Program-made: the position numbers and the translations under genes
Assembly (NCBI GenBank): GCA_050012475.1
Contig: JBEKHC010000004.1
Coordinates: 32,001-96,000 of the forward strand
Source of the DNA: Candidatus Velthaea sp.
GTDB taxonomy: Bacteria; Vulcanimicrobiota; Vulcanimicrobiia; Vulcanimicrobiales; Vulcanimicrobiaceae
Length of the DNA stretch: 64,000 nucleotides
Direction: 5' to 3'
Shown: positions 28,576-41,100 of the stretch, one piece after another
Layout: every line of letters begins with the position of its first letter
Numbering within the stretch: position 1 is the first letter of the stretch
Notes under the pieces: generated by a model
What the model was told of the DNA's origin: nothing
Database searches by the model: none
The model's input: only the letters and a program-made list of their open reading frames with translations

Positions 28576-28922
28576 CCCGGCGGCCAGCTCATCCGGCGTC
28601 CGGCCAGAACGTGCAGGTGGAGATGATAGATCTCTTGCCCCGCATCGGCACCGACGTTGGTGACGACCCGATACCCGCGTTCGCCGAATCGCGTGCCGAC
28701 TTCGGCGATCGCAGCTAGGAGCCGCGCCGACGCTTCGGCGTTCGCAAGCTGCGCGAAGTCGCTCAGATGCGCGACGTGGGTCGTCGGCACGACGATGACG
28801 TGCGTCGGAGCCACCGGGTTGAGATCGCGAAACGCGACGACGTGCTCGTCGCGCAACACCTCGTCGGCGGGAATTTCCTGGCGCACGATTTTGCAAAAGA
28901 TGCAGCTCGGATCGTACTTCAT
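28572..28922 (-). CDS. HIT family nucleotide-binding protein, copy 1
   Basis: CIFCKIV, GQEIYHLHLHV, WPPG. Confidence 0.92.
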   Translation of the reverse strand: MKYDPSCIFCKIVRQEIPADEVLRDEHVVAFRDLNPVAPTHVIVVPTTHVAHLSDFAQLANAEASARLLAAIAEVGTRFGERGYRVVTNVGADAGQEIYHLHLHVLAGRRMSWPPG

Positions 28923-30523
28923 TTCGCCGCCTCCGCCGGTTTGATGAGCTCGAAGTGGTAGCGCGTGTCGGGGCTGGGGACGAAGCCGGTGACCGACGTG
29001 CTCAGCGCGACCGGAACGACGGTGTGCACGAGCGGCACCGCCGGCACTTGATCGTGCACCATCGCGTTGGCTTGCATGTACACGGTTTTGCGTTTCGCTT
29101 CGTCGACCGTGCTTTGCCCGGCGAGCATGAGCGCGTGGAATTTCGGGTCGCGCCAGAACGAGTAGTTTTGCGCGGTGCCCTTGTGGGCCGAGTCCGCGTC
29201 GAGCAGCGGGTAGAGGAAATCATCGGGATCGCCGTTGTCGCCGCTCCAGCCGATGAGGCACATCTCGTGCTCGCCGTTGCGCACCTTACTGAGAAAGACG
29301 CCGAATTCATAAGGCTCGAGCGTGACGTTGATGCCCGCATCCTTGAGCTGCGCCTGCAGCGTCTCCGCGAGCCGCTGCGGCTCGGGCATGTACGGCCGCG
29401 GCGCCGTCGGATAGTACATGCTGGTCGAAAATCCGTTGGGCAAGCCGGCGGCTTTGAGCAACGCTTTCGCGCGCGCCACGTCGCGGACGTAGGGTTTGAC
29501 GGCCGGGTTTTCGCCCAGCATTCCCGGCGGCGTCCAGTTGCCGGCGACGACCGTTCCGGGCGCGTAGAGTCCCCTGGCGATCGCGGTCGAGTCGATCGCG
29601 TACGCAATGGCTTGCCGCACGGCAAGCTTGTCGAATGGCTTCTTCTCGATGTTGAGCGCGACGTACGCCAGATTATTGGACGGCTGATTGACGACGGCGA
29701 TGCCCTTTTGCTGGGCCAGCGTCTTGGCGTCGTCGGCGCGCGGATCGGTCAGCATCTGGATGTCGCCCTTTTCGATCGACAGCACCGACGTGGCTTGATC
29801 CGGGATGTCGCGGATCACGACGGTTTGAATCGTCGGCTTCGCGAGCGGACCGCTGTACGACGGATTCGCCGTGAGCGTGATGTGATCGTCGCGCACCCAT
29901 TCGCTCACGCTGTACGGCCCGCTGCCGACCGGTTTGAGCTCGAACGCTTTGGCGTCGGCTTTGATCGCGGCCGGCGAGCCGATCGCGAACGACGGCATCG
30001 CGATGTCGCGGAGAAACGGTCCGAACGGATGCGTGAGTTCGAGCACGACCGTCGTCGGCGAAGTCGCTTTGACGTCGCGAATGACGCCCGGGAAGCCGCC
30101 GAACATACTGGCATAGTACGAATACGCGAAGTTTCCCCGATTGGGATCGTTCGGCAGCCGCCAGCGGTCGAAATTGAACTTCACCGCGGCGGCATCGGCC
30201 GGCGTGCCGTCGGCAAACGTAGCACCCGAGCGCAAATCGAACGTCCACACCGTGCCCGCGGCGTTGGCGCTCCATTTGGTTGCGAGCGCCGGCACGACGT
30301 CAAACGATCCGGGTTTGAACGTAACTAAGTTTTCCATCGTCTCGGACGTCGTGTTGAGCGAGATGCCGTCGGTTTGGTGCGACGGATCGAGTCCGACGGC
30401 ATCTTTTACCCGGGCCATCACCAAGGGCGCGGCAGCCCCGGCGGTGGTGCTGCTGCCGCCGCAGCCCGCGAGCAGCGCAGCGAGAACCATTCCAGCCGCA
30501 AAACGCGCGGCGCATTCGATCAT
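28919..30523 (-). CDS. ABC transporter substrate-binding lipoprotein, family 5 (DppA-like)
   Basis: Lipobox LAGC, PALATKWS, PVGSGPY, VRQAIAYAID, GWSGDNGDPD. Confidence 0.9.
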   Translation of the reverse strand: MIECAARFAAGMVLAALLAGCGGSSTTAGAAAPLVMARVKDAVGLDPSHQTDGISLNTTSETMENLVTFKPGSFDVVPALATKWSANAAGTVWTFDLRSGATFADGTPADAAAVKFNFDRWRLPNDPNRGNFAYSYYASMFGGFPGVIRDVKATSPTTVVLELTHPFGPFLRDIAMPSFAIGSPAAIKADAKAFELKPVGSGPYSVSEWVRDDHITLTANPSYSGPLAKPTIQTVVIRDIPDQATSVLSIEKGDIQMLTDPRADDAKTLAQQKGIAVVNQPSNNLAYVALNIEKKPFDKLAVRQAIAYAIDSTAIARGLYAPGTVVAGNWTPPGMLGENPAVKPYVRDVARAKALLKAAGLPNGFSTSMYYPTAPRPYMPEPQRLAETLQAQLKDAGINVTLEPYEFGVFLSKVRNGEHEMCLIGWSGDNGDPDDFLYPLLDADSAHKGTAQNYSFWRDPKFHALMLAGQSTVDEAKRKTVYMQANAMVHDQVPAVPLVHTVVPVALSTSVTGFVPSPDTRYHFELIKPAEAAK

Positions 30524-30560
30524 GGGGTCTCCATACGCGCAGCACGCGCGACAGCCATTC

Positions 30561-32147
30561 TCAATGCGAGCGGATCGTGAAACTCCACGCGCGCTCCGCC
30601 CGGTTTCCGGCCGCGTCGGCGACCGAGACCCGGACGTTCACCGTGCCGTCGCCCAGCGGAACGGTCGGGCTATAGGTGATGAAGCCGGCCGTGCGATACG
30701 CGGAGGCCGTGACGTCGAGCCCGTTCACGTTGATCGACACCGTCGAAGGGTTGATCCCGATATTCGTCGGCGAGCTGAACGTCGCGAAGATGCTGGGCGC
30801 CGAGTTGTTCACCGTCTGGCCGGCCGGCGGCGCAAAGTCCGTAATCGTCGGCGGCGTCGTCGAGACGGCGATGAGCGCGGGCGCCTCGACGCGCGGGGCT
30901 TGCGTTCCGTTCACCTCGAGATGACCGTACACCGCGACTTGGCCGAAATTGACGTTGGGCGGAATCGTGTACTCGGCGCGGTAGACGCCCGGGCTGTCTT
31001 CGCGCAGCGGGACGCCTTCGACGTACGAGCCGATGTCGAAGGTCGCCTTGCCGCCCGGCGTGCCGTTCAATTTGACGTTGAACTTGTCGCCGGCGCGCAA
31101 CGCGTTGGTGGCGTCGACGGCGAACGCGGTGATGCCGGCGGCTCCGGCCGCCGGCTGCGGTGTCGTCGGCATCGCGCGCGAGATCATGATCTGGCGCTTC
31201 TCTCCGGTGTCGGGATTGGAGCGCACGACGAGCGTGTCGCCGACGAGCGCATCGCCGATGTTCGCGTTCGCGCCGTTGAGCGTGATCGTCGTATCGTGGT
31301 CCGGCGCGATCACGTGACCGTCGCGCAGCACCAAGGCCGACGGTGAAACGGCGGCGACCGTTCCGGTGCGCGAGGCGTAGCGGTCGATGAGCTGATCGAC
31401 CTTTCCGTCTTTGGCCACGTAAACACTCACCGCGTCGCCGGCGTGCACGTCGGCCAGCGTCGCATTCGAGGTCGTTTTCGCGACCGTATCCTGCAGCACG
31501 ATCTTGGCGTCGGAGTTGATCGCAATCGAGCGCACCGAGCCGCTGCGGGTCACGGTGATCGACTCCGGCGCCGAGTTGAGGTCGACGGCCGTGACCGTTC
31601 CGACGATTTGCGTTCCGCCGCCGCCGTCGGTTTGGGTCAGCGACGGCGTCCGCCCGATCAGCGACGACACGACGTCGACCCGCGCGGCCTTGGCATCGTA
31701 GCTCACCGCGGCGCCGAGCGAATCGGCGACGAATCGCAGCGGCACGTAGGTGGCGCCGTCGATTTCGACCGCCGGGCCATCCATGCGCACGGTCTGGTTG
31801 TCGATTCGCGCAATATCCGAACCCAGCCGCAACGCGATCGTCTTACGCGGCGCAGCCGCCGAGATGTTGTCGCCGTCGCGCGAGACCGTGATGCCCAGCG
31901 CGCCGTAGATGCGCACGATCGGCAGCAGCAGCCGGCCGTTGACCACGCGCGGAGCCGGGTCGGCGGCGATATCCTCGCCGTTGATCGCGATCGCGATGCT
32001 GCGGGTGGGGAACTCGGTTTTCGGCGTGGGCTTCGGCCCGGGATGCGCCGGCGCCGGTCGCGCCGGTGCGGGCGTCGAACCAGCGGCCGGCGCGCAAACC
32101 CCAATCAGGCAGACGGCAGCCAAGGTTTGCACCGTCTTCAGGAACAT
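30561..32147 (-). CDS. Exported protein with copper amine oxidase N-terminal (stalk) domain and beta-rich modules
   Basis: APRVVNGRLLLP, GATYVPLRFVADSLGA; signal peptide from ATG 32147. Confidence 0.8.
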   Translation of the reverse strand: MFLKTVQTLAAVCLIGVCAPAAGSTPAPARPAPAHPGPKPTPKTEFPTRSIAIAINGEDIAADPAPRVVNGRLLLPIVRIYGALGITVSRDGDNISAAAPRKTIALRLGSDIARIDNQTVRMDGPAVEIDGATYVPLRFVADSLGAAVSYDAKAARVDVVSSLIGRTPSLTQTDGGGGTQIVGTVTAVDLNSAPESITVTRSGSVRSIAINSDAKIVLQDTVAKTTSNATLADVHAGDAVSVYVAKDGKVDQLIDRYASRTGTVAAVSPSALVLRDGHVIAPDHDTTITLNGANANIGDALVGDTLVVRSNPDTGEKRQIMISRAMPTTPQPAAGAAGITAFAVDATNALRAGDKFNVKLNGTPGGKATFDIGSYVEGVPLREDSPGVYRAEYTIPPNVNFGQVAVYGHLEVNGTQAPRVEAPALIAVSTTPPTITDFAPPAGQTVNNSAPSIFATFSSPTNIGINPSTVSINVNGLDVTASAYRTAGFITYSPTVPLGDGTVNVRVSVADAAGNRAERAWSFTIRSH

Positions 32148-33148
32148 TCGATGACCTCGCGATAAACGGCGGCCGTGCCGGCCGCGAACCGATCCCAGGT
32201 ATACGCGCGAAGAGGCAGCACGCCCTCGGCGGCCCGCGCGGCGAATGGTGCGGGATCGCGCACCAGGTCGTTGAGCAAGGCGGTCAGCTGCGCGACATTC
32301 GAGGCCTCGAACGTCGCGGCATACGGCTCGACGATCGAGGGGATCGCACCGCCGGCCGCGATGACCGGCGTCCCGACCACGCCTGCCTCGAGCATCGGGA
32401 TGCCGAAGCCCTCGGTGAAGGCGGGATGAACGTACGCCAAGGCGGCCCGGTAGTGCCGGCGCAGGTCCGCCGGCGCCAGCTGTCCGCTGGGGATCAACTT
32501 GCCCCGCGCCCGGGAAAATCGCGCAAGCAGTGCGGGGTCCGGGTTGCCGGTGACGCGCAGATCGATCTCCCGCTGGGGCGTGATCGCGGCCCAAGCCGCG
32601 TACAGCGTGGTCAAGTTTTTGTGCGGCTTGTGGTTGCCGGCGTAGAACAGGAATGGCCGTTCGACCGGCAGCGGCGGCGCGTCGTCGAGCAGCGCGGGAT
32701 CGTAGCCCAAGGGGACGACCCGGCAGCGCTCCGGACGAACCCCCAGCCACGCTTCGCAATCGCCGACGGTGCGCAAATCGCCCATGAGCAGACGCGTCGC
32801 GCCGCGCGCGAGCGGAATGCCGACGAGCCGATAGTGCAGTGCGGTCGCGCGTCCGAACAGCGCCGGATAGCGCAAATGGATGAGGTCGTGAATCGTGAGC
32901 GCGTACGGGCGCGGGCGCAACAGCGGCGCAAACGTCGTCGGAAAGTGGACGCTCTTGGCCCCGCTGCGCACGATCGCGCAGGGCAGCCCCAGCTGTTCGG
33001 CCGGACCGAAGTTCTCGCCGCCGCCGACGCGCGCCGTCCGCAGATCCGGCGCGACGAGCGGCAAGCGCGCCAGCAGCTGGTGCAGATAGGCGCGGACGCC
33101 GAATGACATGCGGCGCGTCACGCGCGCATCGATCGCGACGTCGATCAT
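32138..33148 (-). CDS. Glycosyltransferase family 4
   Basis: TIHDLI, KPHKNL, EGFGIPMLEA. Confidence 0.9.
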   Translation of the reverse strand: MIDVAIDARVTRRMSFGVRAYLHQLLARLPLVAPDLRTARVGGGENFGPAEQLGLPCAIVRSGAKSVHFPTTFAPLLRPRPYALTIHDLIHLRYPALFGRATALHYRLVGIPLARGATRLLMGDLRTVGDCEAWLGVRPERCRVVPLGYDPALLDDAPPLPVERPFLFYAGNHKPHKNLTTLYAAWAAITPQREIDLRVTGNPDPALLARFSRARGKLIPSGQLAPADLRRHYRAALAYVHPAFTEGFGIPMLEAGVVGTPVIAAGGAIPSIVEPYAATFEASNVAQLTALLNDLVRDPAPFAARAAEGVLPLRAYTWDRFAAGTAAVYREVIECS

Positions 33149-34160
33149 GCCAGCAGTTCGCGATACACCGCCGCGGTCGCGCGAACGGTGCGTTCCCAGG
33201 TCAGATCCCGCGTGGCTGCCTGCGCGGCGCCGCCGATCTCGCGAAAACGGTCGGGTTCAGCGAGCGCGCGCAGCAGCAATTCACCGAGCGCCGCCGCGTC
33301 GCCGGGCGCGAACGGCAGCGCGTGCGGCGCCAGCACGTGCGGCAGGGCGGTTTGGGCCGCGATCACCGCGACGCCGGCCCGCATCGCCTCGAGCATGGGC
33401 AGACCGAAGCCTTCGCGCCACGCCGGATGAACGTACGCCCGCGCCCCGCGGTAGAGCGCAGCCAGTTCGGTTTCATCGATGTCGCCGGTGAACGCGAGCT
33501 TGCCGTGCTCGCGCGTCAGGCCGGCAAACGCCCCGCCCACGTCGTCGCGCCCGGTCAGCAGCAAGTCCACCTCGAGCGGCTGCGGGAGCGCCGCCCACGC
33601 GCGCACCAGCGTGATGAGATCCTTGTGTCCGCGATGGTTGCCCGCGTAGAGAAAGTACGGTGCGTTTCCCATGCGCGCGGCAGGCGGCGCGGCGGCGAGA
33701 TCGACGCCCAGCGGAATCACCCGGATGCGCGCAGCAGCGACGCCCAGGAACTGCTCGAGATCGGCGGCCGTCGACTCGTCGTCGGTGATCACCGCGCGCG
33801 CCCGGCGCGCCACCGGGCCGACGGCGTACCGGTAGTACGGACCGACTTTCCGTTTCCCGAATTGCGGATAGTGCAGATCGATCAGGTCGTGAATCGTCAG
33901 GATGAACGGCGCCGGAACGATGAGCGGCACGAACGGGCTGGGGATGTGCACCAGGCGCGGCCGGCGCCGGGCGATCGCCAGCGGCAGCGCGGCTTGTTCG
34001 GCCAGATCGAAGTTGTCGCCGGCGCCGACGAAGGCGCAGCGCAAATCGGGTGCGACGCGCGGCAGCAGTTCGACGAGCTTGCGCACGTAGAGCGCCATCC
34101 CGGCCGACATGTGCGAGGTGATACGGCGATCGAACGCCACGTCGATGCGCCCGGCGCCGC

Positions 34161-34164
<4 letters not shown>
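33145..34164 (-). CDS. Glycosyltransferase family 4
   Basis: TIHDLI, EGFGLPMLEAM; GTGA overlap. Confidence 0.9.
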
Positions 34165-36592
<2,428 letters not shown>

Positions 36593-36760
36593 TTACGGCA
36601 ACCTCTGCCCGACCATGCGAGCCCCCGTATCGATAAGTGACCGGCGACACGAAATCAACTCCTCTTTTCGAATTCCAATGGTTCCCTAAGCAATTTGGGA
36701 TAACGTTGTATGCCAAGTCGCGGCGCCTGGTAGGGAGAGCACGCCGGCGCTAGTGGGAGT

Positions 36761-38128
36761 GTGAAGATGAGGTTGGGCTGGCAGCGCGCAGCCTTCGTCC
36801 TGGTGCTCGCCATTTTGGGAGTGTCGGCGGGGCTAGTCGGCTTCTTGGCGTTCCGACCCGTCGAGCGGCATGCCGCAAGCGAAGCCGTCGTCGCTGCGCC
36901 GGTCCGGGTTGCGCAGGCCGTCAGCACCTTTTTCGTCCCCGACCCGCGCAAGCTGTTCGGCAAAGACAACGTTCGCGTCTTGCTCGTCGGCCTGGATTAC
37001 GATTACGACGACAAAGATCAAGAAACGTCCAAGCAGTCGCGCAGCGACATCATCATGGCCCTCGACCTCAACCTGCGCGACCATCGCCTTGCCGAACTGT
37101 CGATTCCCCGCGACATGGTCGCGACGATGCCCGACGGTTCGCAAGCCAAGATCAACGCCGCGCAATCCTTCGGCGGCATTCGCGAGTCGAAAACGGTCGT
37201 CGCGAACTGGCTGGGAATTCCGGGGTTCGACCGCTACATCGTCTTGCGGATCGACACCGCGAAAGATTTGGTCAACGCGATCGGCGGCATCGACGTCGAC
37301 GTTCAGAACTCCAACGCGCTCAAACACACCGGTCCCAACGGCCCGATCGATTACGACGACCATTGGGGTCATCTGGCGATCCACCTCAAACCCGGCCGCC
37401 AGCATCTCGACGGCGAGAACGCGGTCGCGTATGCGCGCTTCCGCCATGATTGGTGCAGCGACCCGTGCCGGATCATGCGCCAGCAGCAGCTCATCCACGC
37501 CGTGATCGACAAGATCGAGCGCGACAAATTCAACACCCTGACCCACATTCAGTCGTTGCTCGCGGTCGTGCGCAACGACGTCGAAACCGACATCTCACCG
37601 CGCGAACAGCTCTCGACGGCCGTGGCCTATGCCCACCTCTCGGCGAAGGACATCCGCACCGCGCAGGTGCCGTACACGTCGACGATCGACCTCGGGCCGT
37701 ACGGCGATTCGCTCGTCGCCGACGAAGACGAGAAAAAGCGGCTGGTCGCGGCGATGCTGCGCCCGGCGGGGAGCGATCCCGGCGTCGCCGTTACCGGAAC
37801 GGCCGCGGCCCCCGCGCCGGCCGCCATCCGGATCCGGGTCGAGAACGGGACGCACGTTCCGGGTTTAGCCGCGCGGGTCGCCGCCGATCTGCGCCGCCGC
37901 GGTTTCGTCATCTCCGATGTTGCGGACGCCGACTCGCACAACGTCGCCGCAACGCAGATCCACGGTCGCAACGACAGCGCGCCGACGCTGGAAGTCGTAC
38001 GCCAAGCGCTCGGCATGGGCGTCCCGGCAACCGCCGCCGTAGCGGACGCGCCCGCCGACACCGCCCCCGGCACGATCGTGGTCATTTTGGGGCAAGACGT
38101 CGCCGCCACGGTTCCCGATACTCCTTAG
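36761..38128 (+). CDS. LCP family protein with LytR C-terminal domain
   Basis: RSDIIM, LSIPRD, KINAA, YARFRHD, RQQQ, VENGTHVPGLA. Confidence 0.92.
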   Translation: MKMRLGWQRAAFVLVLAILGVSAGLVGFLAFRPVERHAASEAVVAAPVRVAQAVSTFFVPDPRKLFGKDNVRVLLVGLDYDYDDKDQETSKQSRSDIIMALDLNLRDHRLAELSIPRDMVATMPDGSQAKINAAQSFGGIRESKTVVANWLGIPGFDRYIVLRIDTAKDLVNAIGGIDVDVQNSNALKHTGPNGPIDYDDHWGHLAIHLKPGRQHLDGENAVAYARFRHDWCSDPCRIMRQQQLIHAVIDKIERDKFNTLTHIQSLLAVVRNDVETDISPREQLSTAVAYAHLSAKDIRTAQVPYTSTIDLGPYGDSLVADEDEKKRLVAAMLRPAGSDPGVAVTGTAAAPAPAAIRIRVENGTHVPGLAARVAADLRRRGFVISDVADADSHNVAATQIHGRNDSAPTLEVVRQALGMGVPATAAVADAPADTAPGTIVVILGQDVAATVPDTP

Positions 38129-38134
38129 GCCGCG

Positions 38135-41100
38135 TCAGGTGCGCTCGCGCATCAAAACGGCGCGGGCGTGACTTCCGCCGTCGGGCCGCTCCGAGACGGT
38201 GAATTCTTCCGTGAGCGCGGCAATGAGGAAGAGGCCGCGGCCGTTTTCAGCGTAGGGATCGCGCGGCAGCCGGCTGATGTGATTGAATCCTCCGCCCCCG
38301 TCGAGCACGTGTAGGACCGTCCGCGGCCCGCCATGACTGATGGCCACGTCGACCTCGGTCGTGTGCCGGGCATGCCGCACGACGTTGCCGATCAATTCAC
38401 CGAAGACGAGTTCAGCGTTGGCACGCGCTTCCGCCGCGAATCCCAGCCGCCGCAGCGACGCGACGAATTCACCTCGGACGACGCTGGCGGCGCGTCCGTC
38501 GGCGACGTCGAACTGCCAGCGGCTGACGTGCTGCTCCGCTTCCTGGTAATCGATGCGCACGACCAAGAGCGCCACGTCGTCGGACGAGCCGTCGGGAATG
38601 ACTTGGCGCTTGATGAATGCCGCCGGGTGATCGGTCTTGACCGTGGCGAGTTTGGCCGCGGCTTCGGTCAGCAAGGTCGTGCCGGCGATGACGTCGCGGG
38701 CTGCCTCGGTGATCCCGTCCGTGTACAGCACGATTGCGTCGTCGTGCGCGATCGTAACCGTGTTCGCCTGGCCGCGCCGGCCTTGGCGCAACCCGATGAG
38801 CATCGTCGTCGGGTCGGTAAGCTCGCGAACGGTGCCGTCCTTTGCGACGAGCAGCGGCGGCGGATGACCGGCGGAAGCGTACGTTATGGTTTTGGTCAAC
38901 AGGTCGATCAAGCCGACCCACGCCGAAACGTACACGCCCGGATATTCAAGGCACAGCGCGCGATCGGCAGCGTCGAGGATGAGCATCGGATCGGCGTGCA
39001 ATTGTGAGATGCCGCGAATGATTTGGCGGGCGACGCCGACGACGACCGCCGCTTGCAAACCGCTGCCCGAAACATCGCCGATCGAGACGAGGATTCGTCC
39101 GTCGGGGAGCCGGATCGCGTCGTACCAATCGCCGCCGACTTGCGCGTCGCGCAAGCCGGGCTCGTAGACCGCGTCGAAGGTGCAGCCCCTGATGTGCGGC
39201 AGCGACGCCGGCAAGACCGCGCGCTGAAACGTTCTGGACCAGCGGCGTTCGTGTTCGTACAGACGCTCGCGTTCAATCGTCTCGAGCCGCTCCTGCTCTG
39301 CGTGCATCTCATCGGCGAGACTGCGCATGTTCGTGTTGTCCCAGTTGATGCCGATGACGCGCACGACTTCGTCCGCCGCGTTCCGAATGCAAATGGCTTG
39401 CGCGCGGATGCTGCGAACCTCGCCGCTCGGCCAAACGACGCGGAACTCCGTATCGAACGGACGCAAACCGGCCAGCGCATCCTCGAAGGCACGCACGGCG
39501 CGTTCCCGGTCGCTCGCGTGAAGCGTGCTTTTCCAGAGCTCGTACGACGGAACGACCGCAGCATCGAGTCCGTACAATTGAAACATATGGGTCAGCCAGG
39601 TCATCGAGCCCGTATCGGGCGCCCACTCCCAGAGCCCGACGCTTCCGGTCTGCGTTGCACGCGCGACGCGGGCGGTCAGCAGATCTCGCCCCCGTTCGGC
39701 GTCCTTGCGTTCGGTAATGTCGTGGAAAATGCCGGCAAGCGCGACGACGTCGCCCTTCGCCGAAAGCTCGGCTTGACCGGTGCAGCGAACGTCTCGAAAA
39801 CGTTTGTCCGGCCGCAGAAGACGCGCTTCGTAGACAAACGGCTTGCCGTCGATCGCGGCTTGGCGAACGATTGCGGCGACGTCCACCCCGTTGGGGTCGT
39901 ACAAGGCGAGGGCCTCTTCGAGCGTCGGTTTGTAGCCGGCGGGAAGTCCGACGATGCGATAGACTTCGTCGGACCAATAGATCTCGTTCGAACCCAGATC
40001 GATGCGCCAATGCCCGTAGTGCGCCATCTCCTCGGCCATCTTCATGAGCATGTTTGCGCGGCTCAGTGTCGCGGCGGTCGCGCGGTCGCGGACTGCCGTC
40101 GTGCGCAAATCCTCGGCGAGCACGCGGGCTTCGGTGACGTCCCAGTCGGCGCCCACGACGCGCGTCGGCGCGCCGCCCCCATCGAAGACGACGTTCGCAA
40201 CGGCGCGCAGCGTGCGCTCCTCACCGCTGGGCCAAACGACGCGAAATTCCGTATCGAATTGCGCGCCGCTGTCGATCGTTCGCGCAAACGCCGCCTCCAC
40301 GCGCGAACGGTCGTCCGCGTGGATCGCCGCCAGGGCGTTCTCGAGGGTCGGCACGAAACCGGTATCGGCGACGCCGAAGAGCTTGAACATCAGCGGATCC
40401 CAGTTCACGTCGGCCGTTGCGACGTCCCAGTCCCAGATCCCGATCTGCAGCGCGCGCGTCGCCACGGTCACGCGCTCGAGCAGCAGCGTGCGCTCGCGTT
40501 CCGAAGCGGTGATCTCCGTTACGTCGTGCAGCACGCCGAAAAGCGCGACGAGCGTTCCATCGGAGGTGCGTTCGGGTTGGCCGCTGGAAACCACGTGGCG
40601 AATCGTGCCGTCCGGACGCACGATGCGTGATTCGTGCGTGAACGCGCTCCCGGTTGCGATGGCACGCTTGACGCCGCTCGACACAAACTCGCGATCGTCC
40701 GGATGATACTTGGCAAGTGCTTCCGCGAGCGTCGGCTGCTCGGCCGCCGGAACGTCGAAGATCTTATGGGTCTCGTCGGACCAATACAATTCGTTCGATA
40801 GCAGATCGAGCCGCCAATGGCCGATGTGCGTCATCCGCTCGGCGATCGCCAGCATCCGATTCTGTTCGCGCATACGCGATTCGGACCGTTGCCGCTCTTG
40901 CTCGGCGGCAGTGCGCTCGCGGCCATCCGCGATCGCCGCCAGCGTGAGGGTCCGGCCGCCGATTTGGATCGAGTTGAGCGCGACCTCGATCGGGATGTCG
41001 CCGGCATCCTTGTGCCGGCCGCGGGCAGCGGGTCCGGAGCGAAAGCGCTCGGGAACGAGCAGTCCGATCGAGGTGCCGAGAAGCTCGCTGCGCGGATAGC

